A stretch of DNA of 64,000 nt from Nemertoderma westbladi (GCA_032718475.1 JAUCBJ010009091.1:1-64000); one strand, 5' to 3'; shown: positions 38,389-52,320, counted from the first letter of the stretch. A program made the numbers and translations. Notes: generated by a model not told the origin, from the letters alone.

Positions 38389-38536
38389 CAAAGTCACCCA
38401 CACTACCAAAGTCACCCACACTACCAAAGTCACCCACACTACCAAAGTCACCCACACTACCAAAGTCACCCACACTAAGTCACCCACACTACCAAAGTCA
38501 CCCACACTACCAAAGTCACCCACACTACCAAAGTCA
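38389..38536. repeat. 18-bp minisatellite (~8 copies) inside an interspersed repeat
   Basis: Unit caaagtcacccacactac. Confidence 0.92.
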
Positions 38537-40040
38537 TATAGCCAAAGTTATATTTTTAATAACGATTATTACTGTAGTAGGCCTATCCTACTCCTATTGA
38601 ATAGTAATTTTTATACGGCGCGCCATAGAAACATCTTGAATTCGACTCGGCGATCTAATTGCTTAATTCATTTCCGAAATGTGGTTACGAATGGATCTCG
38701 GGTGGTTATGACATAAAAATTTGACCCATACTGTAAAGGCCTAAAATATGTTCGCCCGCATGACAACCTGATAACGTAAAGCGGGCCTACAACAACATAA
38801 CAATAAACTCAAAAAGCAATAAAATGTTAAAACTTAGTTTTAATAAATGCAATAATTATAAATTAGTTTGTATATGGCTGAACTTGATTTACACAATAGG
38901 CACTCAATGATATGCAGTAGCTATTGAGTTAACTCCTTAAATTAATATTCCCTATATTGTCCACCGAGTGAATGTTAATAATCTGAAACACAAAGAGATT
39001 ATAATTCAACTTTATTAAAAGCCCTCGAAGTTACAACACCACTCCTGATAATATACTGCCCAGATACTGTAATAATAATAATTGCCTCTTGCACAATGTA
39101 TGCTATGTTACCAATAAGCTAGTTTTCAGCATAAAGTTAGGCCTACTGTACTACACTACACCGTGTTATATTGAACAGAACACCACTTAAAAATATACCT
39201 ACTTTACGTACAGTACTTTATAGCTTAATTTACAATTACTTTCTTTAATAATCTTTATTATGTAATTACACCATGAACCGTAATATAGTGGGAATAATTA
39301 TTGGGATAAATAGTTGGATTACTTACGGCTCGTCCATAGATGAGCGTTAAGTAATCCAGGAATTTAACAATAAATAGATTTTATGAATTGTAAAGTAAGT
39401 ACACCATGAACCGTGAACCAACAGTGTCATTTTCAGATGACACAGACCCACCCCCCCCCCCCCCCCCTCCAGATTTTTCTACAAATCTCTATCACATTGC
39501 CTGAAATTTGAAACACAACTAGTTCTACTCTCCGTCGAAATTTTCGATTTTGCCTTAAAATGTTTTTTAAAAGCGTTTTATAAAAGTGCCTTTTGCGAAA
39601 TCGCACCCTTCGTGTCGTGGCCATTCTTTACATTAGTCGAAATTTATCATATCATATCAAGTTATAGTTAAAGTTAAAGTTATATATCATTAGAAAGCTT
39701 GCGTTGCAAGATTCCGAAATATGTAACAATATCTGAATTTCGTTGAGAAACAGCTGAGATATGATATAGGCGTTCAGTGATTGAAAAACGATCATTCGCT
39801 GAAGGCCATTTATTCTATTTAATAAATACACAATATTCTAGAACGTGTTATTTATTTTATGAGTTGGTTGGCAACAGCGGAATGCCATCCAATAGATCTA
39901 CTGTGTAGCTAATCATACATAATCAAAATGTTCCAGAACGTCGTGTATTTATTAAATAAATAAATGACCATCAACGAACAATACTTCTTGCAATCTTTGA
40001 ACTCCTACTGTATATCTCAGCTGTTTCTCAATATAATACA

Positions 40041-41060
40041 GTATAATAACAGCCCACAAGGAATCAGCTAAGAGGCATATCCCCCAGAAACCCAAACGAA
40101 AACAGTATGTGCCATGGCAAAACTCTGAGGTTACTTGTAAGAGAGAAGATCTTAAGATAGCCTACAAAGTTAAAACTGAACAACCAACAACCGAAAACAT
40201 TAACAAGGTTGAGAAAGCTAAGGACGATCTTAAATTGGCCTACAACATCAGCCAGGAAAAGTACATACAGGATAAAATTGAAGCAATTCAACTGCTCACA
40301 TACAGCAACAATCAAGACTTACCTGGCAAACTGTAAATGAGGTATCTGGTCGGAAAAGTTGTGCAAAGGGGCGCCTCAAAGCCGATAATCCTGAAGAACG
40401 TGTTGGGAAGTGGAAAAATCACTTCAGCAACTTGCTTGGGCAGCCACCAAACATCGAGGTCAGCCCTACAAGGAAAATATATGACAAGACACTATCTATA
40501 GAAACAGGGGACTTCACACCTGCCGAACTCCAAAGAAGCATTAAAAGCATGTCCAATAATAAAGCGAGTGGATTAGATGAAATCCCAGCGGAGGTATGGA
40601 AAACCGGAGTGCTAAACAGACCATTATTGAATGTTTGCAACTGGATGTTAAAAGGGGAAAAGCCACCACCAATTTGGACTAAAGGTCAACTAAAGCCTCT
40701 CCCCAAGAAAGGAGACCTCGGCATACCAACAAACTATCGTGGAATCTGTCTGCTTGTGGTAGCTGCCAAAATATACAATAAAATGATTCTATATAGGATT
40801 AGGCCTCACATAGAGAAACTACTGCGTAAGAGCCAAAACGGATTTCGACCAAGTAGATCAACAATAGCTCAGACACTGCACTACGGAGACTGATTGAAGG
40901 AATTAAATCAAAGAATCTCCCCGCAGTCATGACTTTTGTGGACTTCAAGAAGGCATTCGACTCCATCCATAGAGGTAAAATGCTTGAAATCCTAAGAGCT
41001 TATGGAATACCAAAAGTAATTGTTGCTGGCATTGGATTGTTATATTGTGACACAGAAGCG
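40041..41060 (+). mobile_element. Internal RTE LINE fragment, same family as 44690-59555
   Basis: Close match to 57590-58577; PLPKKGDLGIPTNYRGI, QNGFRPSRST, FVDFKKAFDS; contains frameshifts. Confidence 0.92.
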
Positions 41061-41479
41061 CGCCGCTACCGGTACAACATCCAGCAGACAGCCATTGCTG
41101 TAGTGCCCGGGCTGCCGGGCTACCCCTGCATAGGCTATGTCATATTATTATGATAATAAATCTAAATTTAAATTTCCCACTACAATATACACAACCAACG
41201 TCCTTGTGATTGGTTCATGGGCAAGCACCTATGCAAGAAATTCCTACGCCAAAAGACAATTCTGGCCTACGCGTAAACCTACGCGTAGCCACGCGTAGGC
41301 CTACGTATACGCAGTAAAGTCAAACCCCAGTAATTGACTATTTGATTGACAATACCGCTTTGTCAGTGTGTTACGTCAGTACGTGATGATTCCCCATATC
41401 AGTACTGACTTTAGGGCTACGACAGGGCTCCCCAACTACTGTAGTTGTATCCTTTTTACTGTCACTGTACAATGATTAG

Positions 41480-42130
41480 GCTAATAGATTAAAGCTGAAT
41501 TGAACGGTTTGACGATGGTTTCCTAAATAACTTGCATTATATTCTTTCTTCTGATGCTGTACTATTGGCAACTACCAGAGCCCACATACAGTACTGAAGA
41601 AGTTGCGTACCCGATACCGCACCGGCAACGGTATTCTAGAATCGTTTTGTAGCTGGTCGGGTATGCATGCAAGTGAACCAATGAAAGACTAAATTAATGG
41701 TTATAACTGTATAAATGGTAATACAGATGATAAAGCACAAATGGTACTACCAGACTACGTGCGATTCATATGTTTACCTTGGCAGCTTGGACTGTTGGAC
41801 AGTTGGACCTAATATTACTAATCTGCTAATGCTGGGGATATCCACTCAGCTATAAAAATTAAGTAAAAGTGGCCAATAAAAAGAACATTAACAAATTTGT
41901 TGCCTTTTGCTACTCTAACTTAAACATACCTTTCTTTCTCAAGAAACTTATTTGGGACGCAGCACTAATATCATCACTACTCCTGTGAAACTTGGTTTGG
42001 TGCGAGTGTCAAACCACTTGAAACTCAATAGATGAAAGTCATAAAGTGTTTACTAGGTGTGCGTTCGCAGACAACCAATAATCTCTGTCTGATTGAGTGT
42101 GGTTTGCCTAGTCTCCTACACCTACTCGCT
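41480..42130 (+). mobile_element. Old RTEX-like LINE remnant, left part
   Basis: Degenerate peptides DAVLLATTR (~41553-41580) and KLIWDAALISSLL/CETWFG...KVIKCLLGVRSQTTNNLCLIECGLPS (41944-42113). Confidence 0.6.
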
Positions 42131-43069
42131 ACTCCCACTCCTAGCATGGGTAAAGGATCAGTATAGAAAATACATGAAGAAGAGCGAACGATGGCAACTT
42201 AATTAGCCTAGCGTATGAATATATATATAATTATAAATTTTATAATATTAATTTACGTATTAATAATTAGCGTATGAAATTGCGAATTCATATATAACGC
42301 GCCAGGCGCGTTCCCGTTCATGAAAAGCATTTAGGGTCATTCCATTCAAGCTCGACCAATGGGTGTGGCAAGGGTCGGAGATTTTCGATGAAATTTTCAC
42401 CATTTGACATTTGTTGATACTTGTGAAAAAATGATATATTTAAAATTTCAGCTTATTTTATTGATTCGTTCTCGAGATATCGCTGTTTGAATTATCGCTC
42501 ATTTTCAAAATTCAGTGAAGCACATTATTTAAACTAAAAACCTAAACTTGCTCTGATTATCAGTTTTGTATTAATTGTGCTTGATTTTAACAATTGGAGA
42601 CATAAATGTCCATATTTTAGTAATGAAATTAGTAGGCCTAAACTATTTATCAGAAAGCGACAATGAGTCCTTAAAATCCTCTAAAAATTTGAAATTTTGA
42701 AAAATGCCATTTTTATAACATATTCTACGTTGTTCTGATAATTAGTTTACCTGATATATGTTTCTCGTTACAGCAACTCAAAATGGACTTAGTAAAGCAA
42801 GATTCACTTATAAAAGAAAAATCAGAAACCCAGTGTGAATGTATATATTTGCGAAGAATTGCATAACCGTGAAAAAGGGCTACTTTGACAACGTTGGTGA
42901 TGCAATCTGATTGATGATATGCTCATGATCTTTTAACCCTGTCATTATTGATATAAAGAAAGTAATAGTCCATGCCTATTCCAGTTACTTAAATATATTA
43001 TTAGTTATAAATATGTACTATTTAATAAATAAAAAATAATTCCTTGACCATCTCATTATCTATTATTAG

Positions 43070-43975
43070 GTTTAACTTCATCAACTTGTTTGCCATAAAG
43101 AGGACCATCAGTTAGATGCATCTTGGCATTTCTTTGCTTCATGCCATGGGAAGGGACCATGTGATGGGATTGGTGGGACAACGAAGCGAAGTCTCCAGTG
43201 TTCAGTTGAAAACCAATTATGCAGCCCTTACCAAATGTATGAAGTTGCATGTGAAAGATTGACAGGGATTCAGTGAGTATATAACTATATATACAGTAGA
43301 AGCGGATCCACAACAAAATCTAATCATAAAAAATATGTTTCAGTATCTTTAGGCAAAGCTGCATGTTGATAAATCTTTTTCCTTTATTTATTACATTTCA
43401 TTGCTGTATCACAATAATTCTGATTTCATTTTATCTTGATATTCAATTCACATTGCATGTCACAGTTCCTTTATGTGTGATATGTGTGAATATTTTATCA
43501 CATTCATCACGCAATTATTATATATATGAATTTCATTCTGGTAACATTCGGGTAACATTCTTTACAGGTACATTTGGATTTCAAAAGAAGAAGTTGATAC
43601 CAAGGAAGCTGAGCTGGAACCAGGTTTCGCTAGTTGTTGCTCGAGTCCCTGGTACAAGAAGCTATATCATAGGTTTGATGCTTCACCTGAACATAAACTT
43701 GTATGCAGGGTTACCTCAGGATCTGAAGTGAATCAGTATCGCAAAGTTATGAGAGAGATACGTGTCCACAAACCAGCTACAGTTGTTCCTTCTATATCTG
43801 CATCTTCTGATACTGAGGACTATTGCTATAACTGCAGGAAATCAGACACACACATAAATCAGTATCTATGGGTGCTCTGTGATAATTGTGACATATCATG
43901 GTCATGCACTTATTGCATTGTTTGCCCAATAACTTCGAATATGATTTAGACTTCATTTGTAATAAGTGTGGTTGA
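43070..43975 (+). pseudogene. Decayed transposase and PHD-finger remnant of the Sola2-like element
   Basis: CHKEDHQLDASWHFFASCHGKGPCDGIGGTTKR (43091-43189), VPGTRSY (~43646), and CYNCRK...WVLCDNC...CTYC...FICNKC. Confidence 0.75.
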
Positions 43976-44111
43976 AAAATTGAGATATAAGTACAATATG
44001 CAATAGACTTCATCATCAATAAAATACTACCAAACTCAAATGGCTAACTATTGAACTACCCAACTCACAGTCATACCTTATACTTTAATAATACAAATAC
44101 CTTAAGTAATT

Positions 44112-44380
44112 TTAGGGCGGGGTAGCTCAGTTGGTTGAGCGCCGGCCTGCAATCTATTGGTTGTAGGTTCAGCCCCGCCAGGGTCCACTCAGCCTTTCAT
44201 CCACTGGGGTCGATAAAATGAGTACCAGTTAAATAACTGGGAGCAAATCTTGGGATAGGAGTAGCGCCCACCCCTACCCTCGGGTAGCAGCTATCGAAAG
44301 AGGAGCCTTCGGGTCGCCTCCGGCTTCGGCCGACTGTTTGCTTTGCTTGCTTTTGCTTGCTTTTGCTTGCTTTTGCTTTG
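44112..44380 (+). mobile_element. tRNA-derived SINE with conserved central core and (TTTGC/TTGC)n tail
   Basis: A box tagctcagttgg, degenerate B box ggttcagccc, core ccactcagcctttcatcc..ggggtcgataaaatgagtaccag. 11-bp TSD cttaagtaatt at 44101-44111 and 44381-44391. Confidence 0.9.
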
Positions 44381-45270
44381 CTTAAGTAATTACTCACTAT
44401 ACCTTATCTATCTCGCAGTTTGCTTTTGATGCATTATTTGAAATAGGGCCTACCATATACAATATACTGTATATATGTATAGTCAATAAATTAGTGGGAA
44501 GGGCACTTCACGTCGCATGTGAGTGACCTCCACTGGCAATTAAATATATGCCCATTTATTTTAGTTCCCCACAGTTTCTGACTATTCGTTTTGGGAATAT
44601 AATTTGAAATTTAGTTATTTATCATAATATCTCACAAAAAAACTTATATTCATGCAAAAACTCATCATCAGAACTTCTTACGGAACATTTAATCACGTCA
44701 ACTAAATAAGTCATTGAGGGCTGTAGCGCCTAGGGCACCATAGGCAAAGACTTGATACGCATCTGCAATAGAGATGATACACCCCCGCTCTGTCTATACT
44801 GGATAACTAACCCAGGAGGCACACTTGTTTCGGGATGTAACAAAAGGACCCTTACAGTCGGCAGCAGGGCTGTAGGCCATGGATAGGCAGAAGGTAATCA
44901 ACCAATGGCTAGACATGCTAACAAGGTCGGCGGAAGGAAATCAACCAACGGCGACCTACTGCGAAGACGCTTGTAGGAGTTGCGACCACAAGCGGTTTAC
45001 TCCCGCAACTGAAAGATATGAGTATGAGAAACCTCCAGGAGAAATACCAGCTCGGTCGTCGCCCGGGTCAACAAGGACCGCGTCCCTCAGTGGTACACCA
45101 GGCTGGGGTCGATAAATTGGCTACTGCAACATAAGACAGAGAAGAAAGAAGAACCAACCTGCTGAAATGGCACTAAAGATTGTAACAATGAACACACGCA
45201 CACTGAAAGCACATAGCAAACAGGGTGACATGGTTGCTCTGGCTATGGAATAAAACATCGACATCATCTG

Positions 45271-45723
45271 TGTAAAAGCTTTTGCGGAATTGCCCGGTTA
45301 TTTTTCCTTATTTTTCCCGTAAAATACTCTGTAGTTGGTTTAGTAGGCGTAAGAGGCCGTATTATTGCTGTATCGGTGTTTTTTAGAGGACCTAAGAGCT
45401 ATTTCTTCCGTATGTGTACTTTGGGGGACATGGTTGGTGATTCTATGGCAATTCTATGACGCAAAATAGCTAGATCCTCTTGAAACAGTAGTTACTATGA
45501 CGACGGTTAACAGCTGAGCTGTATACGTGTCGATTTTCTTTGTTCTACGGTGCCTCTCAGTTCAGTCAACCAATCAGAGCGTTTTTACTGTTCTTGTACA
45601 GAAATTTCCTAGAAATCACGCAATGCTTTATGGGCAGTGTTATCATTCAGTCCTGAGCCAAGAAAGAACGGCTTTTGGAATATTTGTGCTTTTCTGCTTT
45701 TAGCCTAACACTAGTAGGCTTAA
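45271..45723 (+). repeat. 5' LTR (portion shared with the 3' LTR)
   Basis: 453 bp matching 55555-56007; I found one mismatch by eye. Confidence 0.93.
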
Positions 45724-45818
45724 CTGGTTTTTTATTGAGATTTTACTTATTTCTGTCAGTTTTATTTATTTGTAGGCCAGTATTGAGCAGAAGGCGTGTA
45801 AGCCTGCTCAGATTGTAC

Positions 45819-46387
45819 AGATAATTTGTAGGCTTGACTGTTGGCTAACTGTTGATTAGGTCTGAACGGATTGCAGTGCATGTAGAGTGTATGTCCGATA
45901 AAGAACGGTTAGGAAGTAGGGGCAGCCATAGCTGTAAGGTAAACCCCCATCTAAAGAATAAGTCGTACTACTGGGTTAGAACGCATACTACTTAATCATT
46001 TCGGAGTCTGCATGTCCTGTGGTTTATTTAGGCTTGATAGTAGTCTGCCATCGTTTAGTCTGTACTTTGTTTGTGTAGTCTGTACGGGTAGCGTATAATT
46101 TTATTTAGATAATTTGTAGGCTGGATAGTTGTCTGGCTGTTGTTGGGTTTGAGGAAATTTCGGTGTGTGTAGAGCATCTGTCCGATAAAATGCTAAGTTA
46201 GGAAAGTAGGGGCTTCAAGTGCTGTGAGGTAAACCCCCTGTGAAAGAATAAGTCGTACTACTGGGTTAGAACGCATACTAACTAATCATTTCGGAGTCAG
46301 CATATACCGTAGTTTGTTTAGGCTTGATAGTAGTCTGTCAGTATTTGGTCTGCATTTTGTTTGAGTAGTTTGTACGCGTAGCGTAAT
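45819..46387 (+). repeat. Two diverged tandem copies of a ~288-bp unit in the LTR-element leader
   Basis: agataatttgtaggct...aaagaataagtcgtactactgggttagaacgcatacta...gtagcgta starts at 45819 and again at 46107. Confidence 0.85.
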
Positions 46388-47738
46388 ATTTATTATTCAG
46401 AGTTTATGCGATTATTCGCAACATTCATTCCCCAAGTTTGTTCCTACAGTAATTGTGTTTGTTATACATACCGTTATAGTTAAACTAACCCCGGTACTAC
46501 ATCAGGGCTGCTCGGCGTAGGTAAAGACTGGAGATTTTGTGCTTTGGTCACTCCGGCAGATACCGTGGTTCTTTTAGCTGTTCAAGTATTTTTAACTACT
46601 AATTATTTGTTGTATAAGTACTTGTACCTAATTCAGGGTTTAGTGTACAGTACTTTCCGAAGGTGATTAGTGTGTGGATAGTGTATTTGTGTTGTAAAGT
46701 GGTTAATAGGCACGTTGGTTCTGGTAGACCGCGGTAATTAACTTCTAGGTAGGGACACTCCGTGATACATAACGTAGTACCTATAGCGATACGGTTATAG
46801 GTCGTCAGGCGGTGGTATTTTCCTATCTGGACAGCGCAGTATATTTACTACTACTTATTATTTTCAAATACCGTAGTAACCTGTCCGTTGTAATAACCAG
46901 ATATTCTAACCCTTTGTTAGGCTGGTTAGTAGACTTCTTGTAAAATTACCCTAAAAATTCGTATTTGTGTATTTGTAATTAAATTTTTGTGTTTATTTAG
47001 AGATTGTAATCTCAACCCGAATTGTACGTAATTTGTAGTATTAAGTAACTTAGGTAAATTAGAATTATTTGTTTTAGTGTCTAACAAGTAGTACTCCACT
47101 GAGAGCGCACAGCTTATGTGTAGTGACTCCCCCAGAAATAATAACATTTATTTCAAACATTGACAAAAACCCATTAAACGGGTATATATATATTATAAAT
47201 CAACTCAAACGATTTATAAATAGTAGGCCTGCCATACAACAATTAGGTCTCAATATCAGTTGGACTACTGCTTAAATAACGGTAATAAAGTAAGTTAAAG
47301 TAACCAAGTAACCCTTAAAATTCAGAAATTCAATTATTCTAAAATAATTGACATACCGGTATTTACAATAGGCTTATTATATTTATTTCTATAAATTTTA
47401 GGTTGAAATCATACCGGTATTCTGTAATTAATTCTAGTCTGTAATTATACATATATATATACACTATAAGTGTAAACTGCATACCGGTATCCACGATAGG
47501 CCTATTATATATTTATATATATTTGTGCTAAAATTATATACCGGTATTTTGTGAAAAACCTAGTCTGTAATAATACTTATATATACTATAAGCATACCGG
47601 TATCCTAATATTATATATATATCACGCTACACTGAGTAGCAGTATCGGTAATTAATTACTAGGCTAGCAGTTAATGCTGAATTACTAGACTTGCTTAGAC
47701 TGTAATATAGCAGTAGGCATTCAACTGTGTAAACAAAC

Positions 47739-50700
47739 ATGTCTGATACTAAGCAGAACCTGTCAGACAGTTTATTAGATGCAACTATCTGCGACTCAGA
47801 TAAGGGTGTAGAACCGTCTACACCTAAGTTCAGTTCACCTCCCACTGTGAGGAAGGTCATCCCTCCAGTAGTAATAACAGAACCTAGGCTGGTCCAACAT
47901 CGTAGGTCTATCATAGGCACTCGAGCCCAGGTCAAGCGGGACCAAGAAGCAGCGGAACAGCAACAACCCGCGAGCCAAGAACTTATTTCTCAACGGCCCA
48001 ACAGCTCCAGTAGTGAGGATACTGTAGAGCTGACACCCGAGCGCGGAGCAAAGATGACGGATGTGGTTTATTCGGATCCCCTTCTCATCCTTCCTGCAGC
48101 CGTACTCACTAGGTTATTGATCACGGTGGAAGAACACCAGATCGATTGGGCGAGAAGTAAGCGCTCAACTAAAGATAGTTATGAGTGATACACAAGGGAA
48201 GAACTGAAGTCTATGGTCGAGTCGCAATGGAACTTCCCCGGACCCGGACTCCCGTTTGATTTATCAGAAGCTGCCTGGGAAGACATACACCGGATGGGAG
48301 TAGCCAAGGAAACCATCGATCCAGCTGTGTGGAAGAGGTCCGCAGCCGGATACGCACAGGGATTCCTCAGCTCTATGGAGCGAGTAAAAGAACAACTGTT
48401 TCGACAACCTCAAGGACCTCACGAGCAGGGACAACTGCTTTATCAAGTTAGAGAAATAATTCTGCGAATTAGGCTAATCTTATCGGCCTTTGAAGAGGCT
48501 TCTAAAAGAAGACAAGACACGTCGTTGCAAGTTGCCGTAAAGACTTGGTTTCAACGGGTGAGTCTCCAGGTTCAAGGGACAGCTCAGTGGAAAGCTCAGC
48601 TGGAGGAGCGCTCAACCCATGGAGAATCAACAGACGCTACTTTTTCCCAAGTGGAAAGTGAAGCGACGGCAGAGAAACCGCATAAGAGGGATGCCATTGA
48701 CATCTATCTGCCAGACTATCAGCGTTTTTTGGGAGATGAAGAGTTGAGGAGAAGGCTAGATGGACTTAGCCCTAATAGTGAAGGAGCCCAGCGTGTGTTG
48801 GACGCAATTGATGTGGATAGGTTAGCGGCGAACCAAGCTAAATTCGATGAACAACTCCGCATCGCTAGAGACCAAGAAGAAAGGGTGAAGAAGAAACGCA
48901 TAGAAGACAGAAAGAAAGCAGCAGTAGCAGCTGCAGAAGCCGAAAGAAAAGCGGCAGCTGCAGAGGCAGAAGCGGAAAGAAAAGCGGCAGCTGCAGAGGC
49001 AGAAGCGGAAAGAAAAGCAGCCGAAATGGAAAGAAAAGCGGCAAGGGCAGCGGCAGAAGCGGAGCGGATAGCGGCTGAAGAGATTGCCCAATTAGAATTG
49101 GAAAATATTCAGGAGAATCAAGACTGCATAAATAAACAGTTAACAGCTAGTAATATGCAGATGATGAATCGATCTACTCCCAAAAGACAGGGATATACAT
49201 CATCTGAGGAAGGCGATACCACCGATACTGAAGGCAAAGGAAATAGATCTCACCTAAGCAGACGTAAAAGAACATCCCACCGTCAGAAATTGCCTGATTT
49301 GCCTCCAGCTGTTAGAAGGCAACTAAATAACACCAACTTAGGTAGTACAGAACCCACAGACCAAATAATTACAATAGAGAGACTCCCTACTATAGTAGAT
49401 GAGCCTGAAATAATTAGGCCTGTTCCCGAAGCCACCCGTTCGGTGGTAGAGACACCTGTACTCCCTGAATCTACCTCTAAATTCCCTTTGCACAGTACCA
49501 AGCTACCTGTGCCCAGCAGAACAGCCCATGAGACAGTTCATGCCCTGGACTCCGAGCGAAATATTCATGATTTGTCGCCCGTTGTCCCTCGTCCGCCCGC
49601 TACAACGTTGGCGACTCCCGCTTCGGCGGTTGAATGGGTGGATGAGAGACGACGGGGGATGGATCTCCTGCTCGGACAGATGCAGGAGACCGTTCAGCAA
49701 TTCGAGGGCACAGTAAGGGAAAGTAGATTAGAGTTGCAAGAAGTGCAGCAAAATATCGCGCTAGAACGTGATAAATTAGTAAATTTACAAAAGGGTATAC
49801 TACCACCCCCTGTAACAATGTGTCAACCTGTTAGGTCTGAAGTATCTCATGCGCAAGGTATGGAGCCTACACGCATCTATACTGCTAGCGAAGTAGAAAC
49901 TCCTATAGTGAACCCTATTAAGGGTAATTATAGACCTGTTGATAATGATATTCCCTATAGACCGGATCATAATCCGAGAAATTTATATACCGATAACTCG
50001 ATATTAAATAACACGATGGCCCAAGAAAGTTTTACGCGTCAAATGGCTAGAACCGAAGCCCGGCAAGCGGTAAAGGTGGGAGAGATCGTCAAGTTCAATG
50101 GAGATGAGATGAAATGGTTACCTTTTAATGAATATTACAAAGATAACATACAGAACTCTGTACTATCTAATGGAGAGAAACTTAGATTCCTCATCTAGTG
50201 CTTGGAAGGATCTCCCAAGTTAATGGCGTTAAAGTTTATTGGACATCCAGACGGATTAAGACAAGTTTGGGATACACTAAACATCAGGTATGGTAATAGG
50301 AATAACATAGCTAGGTATTTGTATGCAAAATTAATGGCGCCCCGAAAGTTTCTTAGCAGCAGGATTATAGAGTTTTCCGATGAGATTCAGGAGATCTGTA
50401 GACAATTAGATTGGCTAGGTAAGTCTCATGAATACCAGAATTCTATGGTTGTAGGAGCCTTAGCATCTACTTTGCCCAAGGGTGGAGTAGGTACACGCTG
50501 GGACAAGAAAGTGTTATATATGATGGAACAACAACGACGAGACCCTACCATGGCTGATCTCATGTCATTCTTAGATGGAGAAGTGAAATTACAGCTCCTA
50601 AGGCAGTCCAGAGAGAAGACACTGGAAAACAAGGTAAGTGAGAAACCCGTTTCTAGGAGAAGGGTAACACCAGTGTGTTATACAGACGACGGCGAAAGCC

Positions 50701-52320
50701 AGACTTCTCAAGGAGAGGATAGCGGGAAAGACACTGATAGATCTTATTATGTCAATAAAACGCCTAAAGACCAGGTAAGTAAATTCAAGTCTCGAACCAA
50801 TGACAGGAGAGAACAGGTAAGAAAAACTCCTCCTACGTCTCCCAAGAGAATTCAGGTGAGAAAGCCCGAGGAAAGAACGAACGTGCACCACACAGCACAT
50901 GTTAAAGTAAGTAACATCAAGCCCAAATGTGTGCTGTGCGAAGGGCCCCACCGTTTAAGTGCGTGTGATGAATTCCTGAGGAAATCTCTAAAGGACAGAC
51001 GTGAAGTCATGTGGGATAAGCTGTTACTCCGACGCAAGGTGTGCAAAGTGCGGTGCAAATCATCATATCTTGTTGCACACTGAATTCGAATGAAGCAGCC
51101 CGAGTCAGGTAAGTGAGTCCGAACAACTACATGTCCAATTCAGTGACGTGAACGACACTGACCAAAGTTCTGAGATGGAAGGATTCTATACGGACGAATT
51201 CTCCGACCAAAACGAATCCTGTTACTTAATAAACACCACCGCAGTGTATCGAGCACTCATGTATGAGAAAGACACAGACAGCGACCTCACCCTAACTACT
51301 TCAGATCAATAACAATCTTGGAAAGCGCCAACTTCAAATGTAGGAATCCGAGAATTTCCTGTAGTCCAGTTACGGGTCCACGGACCTCAGAAGAGCTATA
51401 TAGTGAACGCCCTCCTGGACTCCGGCAGCACAGGAACATTCATCGATAAAGAACTAGCCGAAGACATCTTTGCTGGACAACCCAAGTTCCGAACCAAGCT
51501 AAACATGTCAGGGATCATGCAGGTTTGGAAATCTGCTGTGGCTGCCGACTATTATATAGGTGAGTTGTCCACTCCACAGGATAAACTAGGAGAACACAGT
51601 ATAAGGTCAGTCAAGATGGTGGCAATAAAGAACTTCGCTACCACCCAAGTGGAACCTTATAATTGGGACGAAGATGATCATGCCCAACAACTTAATATTC
51701 CTAGATTCGACACCGATTATCCTGGAGTACAAATATTAATCGGTCAAAATGCGCATGAGGCGCTGGAGACATTGGAGAAACGACCTGCTCAACCGCAACC
51801 ACTTCAGACCTATGCGGTAAGAACTAGAGTAGGTTGGTACTTTACTGGACCTTCCCGAAGAACGCTCAGAGAAAGACTGCTTCAAGATCGCGTCTGCCAG
51901 GTGAGTGAATGGGAAGATGATACTAGTGAGGGAGACGACCCAACTGAGGGAACACCATACTCCTCAGATAATGACGACATCAACTCCAATGTAGATCAAT
52001 GGAGACATTGCCCCGAGACGATCAATCTAGCCGACATCGCTTCCAGAGGAGCAACTCCTCAAGAACTTACGGATACTCCAGACCGGTTAGGTGGACCCGA
52101 CTTCCTAAGTAAAGAAGATGAATGGCCTCCCCATCTTAACCCGGCGAAGATTAGACAGGCCAAGGGAGCGGAGAAAGTAACACAACCACTCAATCGCCCA
52201 GCTGGTCGTTTATGTTTACTGGAAAGAGACCGAAAATTGTCCGGAAACTATGGAAGGCAAGATACTCTTCCCACGACCACCTCCCTAATCCAACAAATAT
52301 CTAGGGACTCCATAACGTAA
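47739..52320 (+). pseudogene. BEL/Pao gag-protease polyprotein, disrupted; RT, most of RNase H and integrase absent
   Basis: The 149-, 661- and 293-aa ORFs share one frame, separated by single stops. DUF1759-type KFNGDEMKWLPF...EKLRFL..LEG...WDTLNIRYGN; knuckles CVLCEGPH..C and CAKCGANHHILLH (shifted frame); protease ALLDSGS; RNase H tail QWRHCPETINLADIASRG. Confidence 0.88.

Noticed and set aside
38306-38716. 136-aa ORF with KVTHTT/KSPTLP repeats
   Set aside because: It is produced by an 18-bp minisatellite inside an interspersed repeat.
44115-44185. Possible tRNA gene
   Set aside because: The T arm/B box is degenerate, and it continues into a SINE body with tail and TSD.
48186-50198. Programmed stop readthrough or an alternative genetic code in BEL gag
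   Set aside because: The stops are of different types, one falls within the capsid-like domain, and the element also has frameshifts and deletions; decay is the simpler explanation.
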